DNA from: Myxococcota bacterium
Lineage (GTDB): Bacteria; Myxococcota_A; JAVEVO01
Direction: 5' to 3'
DNA length: 64,000 nucleotides
Assembly: GCA_034005005.1 (NCBI GenBank)
Contig: JAVEVO010000007.1
Location: 2,125-66,124 of the forward strand
The position numbers and the translations under genes are program-made. Shown in pieces: positions 1 to 9,564 of the stretch. The notes below the pieces were generated by a model, which did not search any database, was not told where the DNA came from, and saw nothing but the letters and a program-made list of their open reading frames with translations. Position 1 is the first letter of the stretch. Each line of letters begins with the position of its first letter.

Positions 1-1313
1 TCCTGCGCGGTGTCCAGGGACCGCACCACGAGCTCGGACGACGCGGGCAGGGCGACGCCCAGCCGGGGCAGCCGGATTTGCGCCGCGCCGGCGAGGGTCA
101 GCCGGCGGCCCGGCCCCTGGTCCTCCCCGAAGCGCCCGTGCCAGCGCTGCGCCTCATCGAGCAGGCCCAGGAGGTCCGCCTCTCGGGGAGGACAGCGGCC
201 GGTGGCGAGCAAGTAGTCGGCGAGCTCCTCCGCGCGCCGGCCTCCCCAGCGACTCCGCCAGGCATAAAACGCCTCGTACTGCCGTGACGCGAGGCGCGCC
301 AGCGCGCGCAGGGAGCGCCGGGCGGCCGGCTCCAGGATCTCCTGGTGCCGCGGGAGGCTCTTGACCACCTTGAACCAGCGGGCGTTGGCGAGCGTGGTCG
401 ACGGGATGTCCTCCGGCACGAGGACGGGCGGCGGCGGCAGCAGCAGGGTCGTGGTCGGCACCCGGAAGCCGGCCCGCCGGATCAGCAGCCGCTGGAGCGC
501 CCGCAGCTCGGCACACCGGGCCGGACTGGCCGTGCGCAGCTCGACCCAGGAGAAGCCCGGGAGGTCGTGCTCCTCGACGTCGGCGAACCGCCCCCCCACC
601 TCGCTCCAGGTCAGCAGGGCCTCGTCGAGCAGGCGCGGCAGCCGCTGGCCAGCCTGGACTCCAGCGAGCAGGGCCTCGCCGGCCACCGCCAGCTCCCCTC
701 CCCGCTCCACGAGCGCCAGGGCGAAGATCAAGACCCCGGGCTCCGTCTCCGCGAGCTGCGCCAGCCACCCGGTCGGGTCGGCCAGCAACCGCTGGTAGAT
801 CCGGAAACGCAGGTGCGGCAGGAAGCGCAGGGCGATCCGCCGCGGCGTGGGCGCGCAGAGCTCGGCCGCGAGCCGGGCCAGGCCCCGGAAGAGGTCGTAG
901 ACCCGGGTCATGATCGCCGAGGCCTCGGCGCGCAAGGTCTCCCGGGGCACCCGGACGACGCCCGGGTCGCACGCGCCCGGGCCGGGGGCTGGGGCCCGAC
1001 GGAACAGGTGATCGTGGACCCAGGCGGTGGCCATGGCGAACAGCTCCAGGTAGCGGAGCCGGGGGACCACTCCCCGGACCATGTGCCAGCAGCCACCCTC
1101 GAGCTGGCCGTCCGGGTCGTCGACGAGCAGGCTGGCCGACGGCGCCACCTGCAGGGAGATCGTGGCCGACGCGCCGCCGCGACAGCGCAGGCCGACCCAC
1201 AAGACACCCGGGCGGGCGCGCCAGGACACGGAGACCTCTCGCCGGGCGGCGAAGCACCGCTTCCCGGACGACGCCAGGCACCGCTGAGCTCCGGTACTGG
1301 CCGACAGGCTCAC
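1..1313 (-). CDS. hypothetical protein, 3' end outside the window
   Basis: Absent from the ORF track because its stop lies left of the window. Manual translation of the minus frame (codon tops = 2 mod 3) is open from about 1439 down to 1 with near-100% G/C at third positions. It reads ...ISLQVAPSASLLVDDPDGQLEGGCWHMVRGVVPRLRYLELFAMATAWVHDHLF... GTG at 1313-1311 is preceded by GAGGAGG. Alternative GTGs at 1352 and 1382 lack an SD. Confidence 0.6.
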   Translation of the reverse strand, partial: MSLSASTGAQRCLASSGKRCFAARREVSVSWRARPGVLWVGLRCRGGASATISLQVAPSASLLVDDPDGQLEGGCWHMVRGVVPRLRYLELFAMATAWVHDHLFRRAPAPGPGACDPGVVRVPRETLRAEASAIMTRVYDLFRGLARLAAELCAPTPRRIALRFLPHLRFRIYQRLLADPTGWLAQLAETEPGVLIFALALVERGGELAVAGEALLAGVQAGQRLPRLLDEALLTWSEVGGRFADVEEHDLPGFSWVELRTASPARCAELRALQRLLIRRAGFRVPTTTLLLPPPPVLVPEDIPSTTLANARWFKVVKSLPRHQEILEPAARRSLRALARLASRQYEAFYAWRSRWGGRRAEELADYLLATGRCPPREADLLGLLDEAQRWHGRFGEDQGPGRRLTLAGAAQIRLPRLGVALPASSELVVRSLDTAQ

Positions 1314-1464
1314 GCCCCCTCCTCGTGCCGCGGACTGACGACGCTCGAGCACACCACGGCCCGGCCGAGATCCAGCATCCACGGTCCAGCGACAGGTCGT
1401 GTCGCATCCGGACGAGAGCGGGACGGGGGGCGGGCGGGCGGAGGCGGCGCCGTCGCGGGTGGTG

Positions 1465-3714
1465 CTACCCGACCCGCTCGCGCAGCACCGTGACCGCGGC
1501 GTCGAGCGCGCAGTGGGGACAGTAGCCGTGCTGCTGGACGAGGGTCTGCAGCATCCCCTCGATCCGGGCCTGGCGACTGGCATCGGGCAAGGTGAGCTGC
1601 TCGCCGTGGACCTTGATGAAGTCGCCGAGCAGCCCGGCGAGGGCCGTCCGGTGGGACTCGAAATAGCTCTCCTGGAGACGGGCGAGGTAGGCCGGGAACA
1701 GCTCCCGGTAGTTCAGGGGCGCGTCGGGATGGTCGAGGCGCCAGGCGCCGATGCGTCCGATCAGGTTCTGGCGGAACAGCTCGGGGTTGCCGGGGATGCC
1801 GAGGGTCTTCTCGGTCTCGGCGAGGAGCGAGGCCGACGGCGGCTCGTACTGCCCGGTGACCCGGTTGAGGAGCTGCTCCTTGCGGATCCAGGCCGTGACG
1901 TGGGTGACGTAGCGGTCGAACAGCTCCTCGTGCTGGTGCGGCGCCACCAGCCCGGAGGCCTGCTGCAGCTCCTCGAGCAGCAGGTCGAGGAGGTGGGCGC
2001 GCACCCCGTCGAGGAAGGCGATGGGCTGCAGGTACTCGCCCTCGGCCGGGATCTGGAGGAAGCGGTACAGGGACGGGTCCCGGGTGAGCTCGTGGATCTG
2101 CCGCAGCACCGCCAGGGGGCCGAGGCAGGGGTGGCTGCGGTCCTGGGCCGCGTTCTGGAGCACCGTCTTCATCTCCCGCGGCGAGGCGCCGATGCGCCCC
2201 TCGTAGGGGGTGTTCTCCTGACCCTCGCGGTACAGGGTGGCCAGATTGCTGCGCAGCAGCCGCGCCTCCTCCTCGGAGGTCCCGGCCGGCGGCAACCCGC
2301 TGGCATACAGCTCGGCCTTGTCGAGGGGCGAGAGGCGGCGCACCAGGGGCTGCAGCTCCTTGGGGTACTCCTCCTCGCGCGGCTGCCGCAGTCGGGTCAG
2401 CACGGCCCACAAGGCGGCGACGCGCCCCGTGTGGGGCGCCACGTGACGGGCGGCGCCCAGGCTGCGGAGGGTCTCCCGATAGATCCCCTCCTCCTGCAGG
2501 TAGGACAGCAGGTAGGGCGTCCGCACCAGCTCCACCCGCCCCTTGAACGTCGCGAAATCGGGCGACTCCTTGAACGCATCGAGCTGCACGTCGTTGCTGC
2601 TGCCCAGGAAGACCGCGTCGAGGTAGAGGATCACATTGTCTAGCGCAACGGTGGACTTTTCACAGGTCGCCAGGATGTACTTCCAGGCCTCCAGCGGGCG
2701 CTTCAACAGATCGTCGTACTCCAGCACGCCGCGGCTGGCCTCGACCAGGTCGCCGTACGGGGAGAAGAGGGTGAGGTACTGCAGGCTGGCCGGGAGCGCA
2801 CCGAGGGAGGCGTCCATGCTGATCTGGTGCAGGCCGGCGTCGACCCGGAGCTGGGGCCCCACCGTCACCGCGGCGCTCCGATACCGGGGCTCGACGAAGA
2901 AGCGCTCCACCTGCACGTGGCGGAGCAAGGCCGCATAGTCCCCGTGGTAGGCCGCGAGCAGGGCCTCGCGGATCGCTCGACACTTGGGGCAGAGCTCCCC
3001 GTGCAGGATCCAGTCGGAGGGCAAAAAGGCCCCCCCGGCGGGGTCCTGCCGGAGCGCCTCCTCGAGGAGCAGGCGCCGCTCGGCCGGCGGGATGAGGAAG
3101 AGCGGGTGATCGGCGATCTCACAGGCGAGCCGCGACTGGACCTCGTCGTCGGACAGATAGGCGAAAGTATTCAGGTTTTCTGAAGAACCCAGCCCACCGA
3201 AACCGATCCCCTTCTGGGTCGTGGCCTTGCGCGGGAAGACCCAGCGGAAGCGGTACAGGGCCCCCTCGTCGACCTGGCTGTAGGCCTCGAGGGCCGCGAA
3301 GAGGCAGGCGATGACCGTCGACTTGGCCGACCCGTTGGGGCCGTGCAGCAAGATCAGCTTGTTGACGCGCCTCTCCTGGACGAAGGAGTTGAGGATCCGC
3401 AGGATGTCGTTCTGCACTCGCTGCTGGCCGATGAGGCGCACGCCCGACGAGCGGGCGCCCGCCTCCGGGTGCTCCCCGGGCGCGGGGAAGCCGTCGAACA
3501 GGAGATGGTGGGCCAGCGTGCCGGTCGGCAGGAGGAGCTGCTGGGTACCAAAGTACCGAAACAGATCCACGAGGTACTGGGCGCTGTTGCGGGCCTGCCG
3601 CGACGGCTGCTGCTGGAAGAAGGCGACGTACTCCGGGAACGAGAGCAGCCGCCGGGTCCGCTGGAACGCCTCCTGGATCCCCCGCCCGATCGTCTCCAGA
3701 GTGACCCCGCTCAT
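1465..3714 (-). CDS. prkA: PrkA-family AAA+ serine protein kinase
   Basis: ORF track 1465..3993. The upstream 93 codons are R/P/G-rich junk. The ATG at 3714-3712 (checked in sequence) gives MSGVTLETIGRGIQEAF... Walker A is LLHGPNGSAKST. Length (749 aa) and layout resemble PrkA/YeaG, recognised by eye. Confidence 0.75.
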   Translation of the reverse strand: MSGVTLETIGRGIQEAFQRTRRLLSFPEYVAFFQQQPSRQARNSAQYLVDLFRYFGTQQLLLPTGTLAHHLLFDGFPAPGEHPEAGARSSGVRLIGQQRVQNDILRILNSFVQERRVNKLILLHGPNGSAKSTVIACLFAALEAYSQVDEGALYRFRWVFPRKATTQKGIGFGGLGSSENLNTFAYLSDDEVQSRLACEIADHPLFLIPPAERRLLLEEALRQDPAGGAFLPSDWILHGELCPKCRAIREALLAAYHGDYAALLRHVQVERFFVEPRYRSAAVTVGPQLRVDAGLHQISMDASLGALPASLQYLTLFSPYGDLVEASRGVLEYDDLLKRPLEAWKYILATCEKSTVALDNVILYLDAVFLGSSNDVQLDAFKESPDFATFKGRVELVRTPYLLSYLQEEGIYRETLRSLGAARHVAPHTGRVAALWAVLTRLRQPREEEYPKELQPLVRRLSPLDKAELYASGLPPAGTSEEEARLLRSNLATLYREGQENTPYEGRIGASPREMKTVLQNAAQDRSHPCLGPLAVLRQIHELTRDPSLYRFLQIPAEGEYLQPIAFLDGVRAHLLDLLLEELQQASGLVAPHQHEELFDRYVTHVTAWIRKEQLLNRVTGQYEPPSASLLAETEKTLGIPGNPELFRQNLIGRIGAWRLDHPDAPLNYRELFPAYLARLQESYFESHRTALAGLLGDFIKVHGEQLTLPDASRQARIEGMLQTLVQQHGYCPHCALDAAVTVLRERVG

Positions 3715-3937
3715 CGCGCCCTCCTGCCGGAACGACGGCCGCGGCCGCCTCGTCCCGCCTTCCGCTTCACTCCCCAGTCTCCCCCAGCTTGGGCTCCGCG
3801 AGCAACCCTCCGTCCGCCCCCCCCTCCAGCTCGCAAGGCCGTTCCCAATCGCGACGAGATGGAGTATAAGCGTGGCGCCTGACCCGCGCCGTAGCGCCGG
3901 GAGGCGCCATGTCAACTCCGGAACAGGGAGAGGAACC

Positions 3938-5728
3938 ATGAGAACGAGAAGCATGCTGACGACCATCCTCGTGGCCGGGCTCGCCCTCGCCACTTTGCTG
4001 GCGGGCTGCTGCGGAAAGGACGAGGAGAAGCAGGCCGCACTTGCCCCCGGCGGCGATCCGGCCTACCTCGAGCTGATCCCCGCGGAGACGCCCTACGTCA
4101 TGGCCGCCTACGCGCGCATGCCCCAGGACGTGGTCGAGGCCATGTTCGTCAAGTTCGGGCCGGTGTACGACAAGAGCCTCGAGACCTGGGCCGCCCAGAT
4201 CGCCGCGGCGCAGCTCGCCCGCTCGGCCCAGGCCGCGGCGGTGGCCACCGACCCGAACGCGCCCGCGCCCCCGCCGAGCATCGAGGACATCGGCCTGAAG
4301 GTCGTCTCCGCCCTGCTCGACGAGCTGAAGGGGAACTTCTCCGTGGCGGGCTTCGCCAAGCTCGGCCTGTCGACCCAGCCCTTGTTCGCGGTCTACGGCA
4401 TCGGCGTGCTGCCGGCGATCCGTCTCGAGCTGAAGGACCCCGCCCTGTTCAACGCCATGATCGACCGGGTGCAGGCCAAGAGCGGCGTCACCCTGGACAA
4501 GGGTGAGGTCGGCGGGCAGGCCTACCGCACCTTCACCTACGAAGAGGCGAAGATCGCCTTCGCCACCCAGGGCAACGAGCTGCTGGTCACCGCCGGCAAC
4601 GACGCGGCCCTCGCCGCGGTCCTGCCCGTGCTCTTCGGCCAGCAGAAGCCCGAGAAGTCCCTCGCCGCCAGCGGCGCCCTGAAGAAGCTCATGGACGACT
4701 ACGGCTTCAAGCCCTACGTCCTCGGCTACGTCGACACCAAGATCGTCGCCGCCACCCTGATGGGCGACGGCCAGGGCCTCAACGCCAAGGTGCTCGCCAC
4801 CCTGGGCGCCGAGATCCCGCCCCTGTCCCCCGTCTGCAAGACCGAGATCAACGGGCTGGTGGACAACGCGCCCCGCGCCGTCCTCGGCTACGACGAGCTC
4901 ACCGCCAGCTCCATGACCGTCCGAGCCATCGTCGAGCTCAAGCCCGAGCTGGCCACGGCCCTGAAGGACCTCCGCGCCCCGGTGGCCGGGCTCAGCGAGC
5001 AGGTCGAGGGCACCCCGCTGATCGCCCTGGGCCTCGGCCTCGACGTGCAGAAGGTCATGGAGTTCGCCAAGGGCAAGGCCGCCGCGGTCGGCGCCGCGCC
5101 CTACCAGTGCGAGCTGCTCGCCGAGCTCAACAACACCGCCAGCGAGATCGCCGGCAGCCTCGCCAGCCCGCAGATCCCGCCCGTCGTCACCACCCTCAAG
5201 GGCTTCAACCTGTACATCCAGGACGGCTCGTTGGAAGGCGGCGCGCCCAAGGATCTCAAGGCAGTGGCGACCGTCGGCACCGCCAACCCCATGGTGATCG
5301 TCGCCATGGCCCAGGGCATGATCCCGGATCTAGCGACCCTCAAGATCGACGCGTCCGGCACCCCGGCGCCCTTGCCCCCCATCGCCTCGGTCCCACTGCT
5401 CGCGGGGGCGCAGGTGGCCGTCAAGGACACGACCCTGGCCCTGTCCGTGGGTGAAGGCATGGGAGCCAAGCTGACCCAGCTCGTCGACGCGAAGCCGGCC
5501 GCCGATGCGCCGCTGCTCGTCGTGGCCTACGACGCCGGCTCCTTCATGCAGAAGATGGCCTCCGTCACCGACGCGCTCGGCGGCGCCATGCCCCCCGAGG
5601 CCAAGGCCGAGTTCGATCGCTCCATGGCCCTCAACGCCGAGCTCTCCAAGCTGATGGGGATGTCGGTCAACTCGGTCCTGCTCGGCGACCGGGGCATCAC
5701 CTTCAAGCAGAAGGTCGCGATCAAGTAG
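3938..5728 (+). CDS. lipoprotein of unknown function (596 aa, Ala-rich)
   Basis: In-frame ATG at 3938 follows GGAGAGG. N-terminus MRTRSMLTTILVAGLALATLLAGC has signal peptide plus lipobox. Earlier part of ORF 3311..5728 looks non-coding. Confidence 0.8.
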   Translation: MRTRSMLTTILVAGLALATLLAGCCGKDEEKQAALAPGGDPAYLELIPAETPYVMAAYARMPQDVVEAMFVKFGPVYDKSLETWAAQIAAAQLARSAQAAAVATDPNAPAPPPSIEDIGLKVVSALLDELKGNFSVAGFAKLGLSTQPLFAVYGIGVLPAIRLELKDPALFNAMIDRVQAKSGVTLDKGEVGGQAYRTFTYEEAKIAFATQGNELLVTAGNDAALAAVLPVLFGQQKPEKSLAASGALKKLMDDYGFKPYVLGYVDTKIVAATLMGDGQGLNAKVLATLGAEIPPLSPVCKTEINGLVDNAPRAVLGYDELTASSMTVRAIVELKPELATALKDLRAPVAGLSEQVEGTPLIALGLGLDVQKVMEFAKGKAAAVGAAPYQCELLAELNNTASEIAGSLASPQIPPVVTTLKGFNLYIQDGSLEGGAPKDLKAVATVGTANPMVIVAMAQGMIPDLATLKIDASGTPAPLPPIASVPLLAGAQVAVKDTTLALSVGEGMGAKLTQLVDAKPAADAPLLVVAYDAGSFMQKMASVTDALGGAMPPEAKAEFDRSMALNAELSKLMGMSVNSVLLGDRGITFKQKVAIK

Positions 5729-5753
5729 CGCGGCGCGCGGCCCGCCCGGGCCC

Positions 5754-5819
5754 CCCCGGCTCACCCCCACACCTTCCCCGGCTCACTCCCGCACCCTCCC
5801 CGGCTCACGCTCCACGAGC
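5754..5819. repeat. three direct repeats at exact 22-bp spacing (CCCCGGCTCAC core)
   Basis: CCCCGGCTCAC occurs at 5754, 5776 and 5798. The repeats lie in the intergenic region between the lipoprotein stop (5728) and the kinase start (5951). Confidence 0.85.
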
Positions 5820-5842
5820 ACGAGCACGAGCACGAGCACGAC
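5813..5842. repeat. hexanucleotide tandem repeat (CACGAG)x5
   Basis: cacgagcacgagcacgagcacgagcacgac read directly, abutting the 22-bp repeats. Confidence 0.9.
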
Positions 5843-5950
5843 GATCTGGGCTGCCTCCCCCTGGACCGTCCTTGACCTCGGGGGGGCGGGTGTGCGATTC
5901 CCGCGCGTGGCAGCCGGCAGCCCCGGAGGCTCCCCCTGCCCTGGAGGGCC

Positions 5951-8050
5951 ATGCGCCAGACTCGCGAGTTCGGCCGTTTCCGCCTGATGGACCGGGTCGC
6001 CTCGGGCGGGATGGCCGAGATCTACCGGGCCCTGTGCACGGACGAGTTCGGTCAGCCCCAGGTCGTCGCCTTGAAGCTGATGCTGCCGCACTGCAACGAC
6101 GACCGAGACTTCATCGAGATGATGCGCGACGAGGCGAAGATCACTCGCCACCTGCGCCATCTCAACCTCGCCCGGGTCCTCGAGTTCGGTCAGGTCGACG
6201 GGAAGCACTACCTCGCCATCGAGTTCATCGACGGTCGCGATCTGCGCGCCATCCTCCGGGCGAGCCGGGAGCGCCAGGAGTACCTCCCGGTAGAGCACGT
6301 GCTCTACCTGATGGCGAGCGTCCTCGAGGGGATCCACTCCGCCCACATCCAGACCGACGAACGCGGCCGCCCCTTGCAGGTGATCCACCGCGACATCTCG
6401 CCGAGCAACATCCTCGTGCCCTACTCCGGCCCCGTGAAGGTGATCGACTTCGGCATCGCCAAGGCCGCATTCAGCAAGGTCCGCACCCGCATCGGCGTGG
6501 TCAAGGGCAAGGTGCGCTACATGTCGCCCGAGCAGAGCCTCGGCAAGAAGCTCGACCTGCGCACCGACATCTTCTCCGCCGGCGTCGTCCTCTACGAGGC
6601 GCTCACCCTCCGGGCCCCGTTCGCCGCGCCCACGGAGCCCGAGATGATCGAGCGGATCCGCACGGAGGATCCGCAGCTCCCCTCGAGCATCGACCCGGCG
6701 ATCCCCCGGGAGCTGGACGCGATCCTCGCCCGGGCCCTGGCCAAGCGACGTTCGGCTCGCTACCAGAGCGCCGCCGAGTTCGCCGCCGCGCTCCACGAGC
6801 TGCTGCAGCGCCGCTATCCAGGCTACCAGCCCGTCTGGCTCGGCGAGTACGTCGCCGAGCTCTTCCAGCAGGTCCGCAACGACGACCGCCGGATCGTCGA
6901 CGAGTACCTCGCGGGCGGCGACATGCGGGAAGAGGGGGCCACCGACCAGCTCACGCGCCTGCCGCGGCCGGCGCGCCCCTCCTGGATCCGGCGGTTGCTC
7001 GGCAAGCTCGGCAAGAGCTCCCGGGACACCGCCGCCAGGCCGGAGGCCGACGCCGCCCCGCTCCGGGTGACCGATCCGCTGGTCGCCACGGATCGCTCGG
7101 CGAGCGCGCACGCGGCGGGGGCCGCGGGCCCGTACCCGATCCCCGTCCCCGACTGGTCGTCGAGCGACACCCCGGCCCCCTCCCCGTCATCACCAATACT
7201 AATCCAGCGTGCGGCCGACACCGAGCCGGCCACCGCGACCCCCGCCTCGCCGACGCCCTACCACTCACCCACCACCGAGCGCCCCCTCCCCCTCCCGGCA
7301 GAGCACCCCCGGCAGCCCCCGATGCCCTCACGGACGCCGGACGCGCCGGCCGTGGTCCCCTCACCCCTGCGCTGGGCGCAGCTCGATTTCCAGCCGGGCC
7401 CGTCCGCCGCCCGGAGCCCCTCCGCGGGGTTCTTGCCGGTGATCGCCGGCACCGGGGAGCGCGAGCTGGTGGCCAGCGCCCAGCCAGTCCCGGGACCGCT
7501 GGAGCCCGATGGCCGCACCCACACCCCGGAGCCGGAGACGATCATCCTGATCTCGGCCCCGAACAGCCCCGTGGCCGACCCCAGCTCCCCTCCCCCCCAG
7601 GGACTTTCGCACCAGAGGGTGGGAGAGCTGCCGACGCTGCCCCGGGCCGCCATCGTCCCGCCGGATCCCCCGACGCCCTTCGTCGACCAGGAGCGCGCGG
7701 CGCGCCCGGAGCTCGTCACCGGCCCGGCCCCGGGCGAAGCGGACGGCGGCTTCGGCTGCTTGCCGACGCGCAGCGTCGAGTCGCCCTTTCCGCCCGAGCT
7801 GCTGGAGCGTGAGCGGGTCGAGGCGCCCCGGGCCATCTCCAAGATCGCGCTCGCCCACGAGGGGGTGGCCCTCGGTCTCGCCCCCCCGGCGCCGGCTCCC
7901 CTCCGTCCGGGACCGCCGTCGCCGTTCACGGTCGTCGATCCGGCCCCACCGCCGATCGACGAACCACCGGCCGACCGGACCGCCGCCAGCGCGGACGAGT
8001 CGGCCCCGACCCTGGTCGTCGCGGTTGGCCCCGACGAAGATCGCGGGTAG
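5951..8050 (+). CDS. Ser/Thr protein kinase (Hanks type) with long Pro-rich C-terminal region
   Basis: ORF track. Motifs: GGMAEIYRA glycine loop, VALK, HRDISPSNILV catalytic loop, DFG, SPE. GGAGGG lies upstream of the ATG. Confidence 0.9.
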   Translation: MRQTREFGRFRLMDRVASGGMAEIYRALCTDEFGQPQVVALKLMLPHCNDDRDFIEMMRDEAKITRHLRHLNLARVLEFGQVDGKHYLAIEFIDGRDLRAILRASRERQEYLPVEHVLYLMASVLEGIHSAHIQTDERGRPLQVIHRDISPSNILVPYSGPVKVIDFGIAKAAFSKVRTRIGVVKGKVRYMSPEQSLGKKLDLRTDIFSAGVVLYEALTLRAPFAAPTEPEMIERIRTEDPQLPSSIDPAIPRELDAILARALAKRRSARYQSAAEFAAALHELLQRRYPGYQPVWLGEYVAELFQQVRNDDRRIVDEYLAGGDMREEGATDQLTRLPRPARPSWIRRLLGKLGKSSRDTAARPEADAAPLRVTDPLVATDRSASAHAAGAAGPYPIPVPDWSSSDTPAPSPSSPILIQRAADTEPATATPASPTPYHSPTTERPLPLPAEHPRQPPMPSRTPDAPAVVPSPLRWAQLDFQPGPSAARSPSAGFLPVIAGTGERELVASAQPVPGPLEPDGRTHTPEPETIILISAPNSPVADPSSPPPQGLSHQRVGELPTLPRAAIVPPDPPTPFVDQERAARPELVTGPAPGEADGGFGCLPTRSVESPFPPELLERERVEAPRAISKIALAHEGVALGLAPPAPAPLRPGPPSPFTVVDPAPPPIDEPPADRTAASADESAPTLVVAVGPDEDRG

Positions 8051-8120
8051 GATCCACGAAAGCTGGTGGACACGCGCTCGCCGAGCCGCTCAGGGCGCTC
8101 GACCGGCGCGAGGAGAGACC

Positions 8121-8876
8121 GTGGCCGAGAAGACGAGCGAACGCTGGGTCACCCCGCTGGTGATCACCGTGGCCGGCTTTCTGACCGGCTTCTTGTTCAT
8201 CTACCTCTTGTTGAGCGGCGAGCCCGAGCCGATGGGACCCCTCGCCGGCACGGGGATGGCCGCCCCCGATGGCCCGGACGCCGAGCTCCCCGCGGAGCCC
8301 GAGAACCCGCCCGGCCCTCCCCCCTCCTCGGAGGAGGCGGCGCCCCCGCAGCCCGCCACGGCCCCCCCGACACCGCCCACCGCGGCGGCGCCAGCTCCCG
8401 CCGCCGCGGCGCCCGGCCCGGCCCCCGCCTCCCCCCCGGCCCCGCCTGCTCCCCCGAGCGCCCCCCCGCCGGCAGAGGCTCCTCCCCTCGCCGCTGGCGC
8501 GCCCCCCCCCGCCGCCACGCCCCAGGACCCCTGGGTCGCCTTGCTCGGCAAGCCCTGCACCATCGATTTCGGCGACATCCGCGCCGTGATCGTCCGCCAG
8601 GGCGATCTGGCCCACGGCCAGCAGATCCTCTGGAAGCGCGACATCGGCTCCCGGGCGCGTGCGGGCCGGATCGCCCGGGACGACAAGCCCGTCGTCGTTC
8701 CCCTGGCCTTCGGCTTCCACCCGTCGGGGGGCCGACCGACCGCGGCCTACATCAAGGTGCAGGGCCCACGCCCGCTCGACGGCGTCATCCCCCTGAAGGT
8801 GGCCGACACCTTCCTCGAGCTCCGGCCGGTGCCGGGGGGGACGACCGGCGCGCCGGCCGCACCGGTCGCGCCCTGA
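8121..8876 (+). CDS. membrane-anchored Pro/Ala-rich protein, unknown function
   Basis: Same frame as ORF 7809..8876. GTG at 8121 is preceded by AGGAGAG. N-terminal TM segment is WVTPLVITVAGFLTGFLFIYLLL, followed by a PAPP-rich linker and a roughly 110-aa C-terminal domain. Confidence 0.65.
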   Translation: MAEKTSERWVTPLVITVAGFLTGFLFIYLLLSGEPEPMGPLAGTGMAAPDGPDAELPAEPENPPGPPPSSEEAAPPQPATAPPTPPTAAAPAPAAAAPGPAPASPPAPPAPPSAPPPAEAPPLAAGAPPPAATPQDPWVALLGKPCTIDFGDIRAVIVRQGDLAHGQQILWKRDIGSRARAGRIARDDKPVVVPLAFGFHPSGGRPTAAYIKVQGPRPLDGVIPLKVADTFLELRPVPGGTTGAPAAPVAP

Positions 8877-8913
8877 TCCGCGGCCCGGGATCACCCATCC
8901 CGCGCCCGACGAA

Positions 8914-9498
8914 TTGACGGCGGCCCGACCGATGAAGATACTTCCACCGCAAGAGGTCGCGTCGACCTCGAGCCGAGGAGGAGTGGTGGTGAGAGCACTG
9001 ATCGTCACCCTGGCAATCGTCGCCGTGCTGCTCCCGCAGCGAGACGCCGGCGCGGACGAGAAGCAGGCCGAGCAGATCGAGCAGTTCTCCCGGATGCTCG
9101 CCACCCTCGAGAGCGAAGACGACGCTCGCAGCGCCACGGCCGAGCTCAACGTGCTGCGCAACAAGCTGCTCGAAGCGCGGCTGCTGCTGCGGGACGACAA
9201 GCCGAAGGACCTGGCCCGGCTGCTCAAGCTGCTCAAGCCCCAGGTCCAGCTCATCCGGGCCCAGATCGACCAGGGTCTGGCCGAGAAGCGCGCCGCGGTG
9301 CAACGCAGCAAGGCCGACGAGCTCGACGAGAAGGTCACGCGCCTGCGGCGCGAGAAGGACCAGCTCGAACAGCGGCTGACGGTGCTGGAGAGCCAGGCCC
9401 AGTCCCGGGCGGCGACCCCGCGCCCGGGTGGCGAGGTCGGCACGGTGCCCGTGGCCAGCCCCGCCTCGCCCGCCACCACACCCGCAGCAGAACAGTAG
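8914..9498 (+). CDS. secreted or anchored coiled-coil protein
   Basis: ORF track. Hydrophobic N-terminus ALIVTLAIVAVLL, then heptad-like charged sequence. Start may instead be GTG at 8983 after AGGAGG. Confidence 0.6.
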   Translation: MTAARPMKILPPQEVASTSSRGGVVVRALIVTLAIVAVLLPQRDAGADEKQAEQIEQFSRMLATLESEDDARSATAELNVLRNKLLEARLLLRDDKPKDLARLLKLLKPQVQLIRAQIDQGLAEKRAAVQRSKADELDEKVTRLRREKDQLEQRLTVLESQAQSRAATPRPGGEVGTVPVASPASPATTPAAEQ

Positions 9499-9564
9499 CC
9501 GCCCGGTGGGCATCCGTTGACGGGCCGCGCGCGATCCGGCCCCCGCGAACAAGGGAAGAGCAGC

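Noticed and set aside
154-1493. Long ORFs 154..1407 (-) and 345..1493 (+) from the track
   Set aside because: The translations are Arg/Pro/Gly-rich low-complexity. The third minus frame has near-100% G/C at third positions and a protein-like sequence, so these are shadow ORFs of that gene.
1-3714. Expected prkA-yeaH-spoVR operon
   Set aside because: The gene downstream of prkA does not resemble YeaH (DUF444) or SpoVR by eye, so I call it hypothetical rather than forcing the classical operon.
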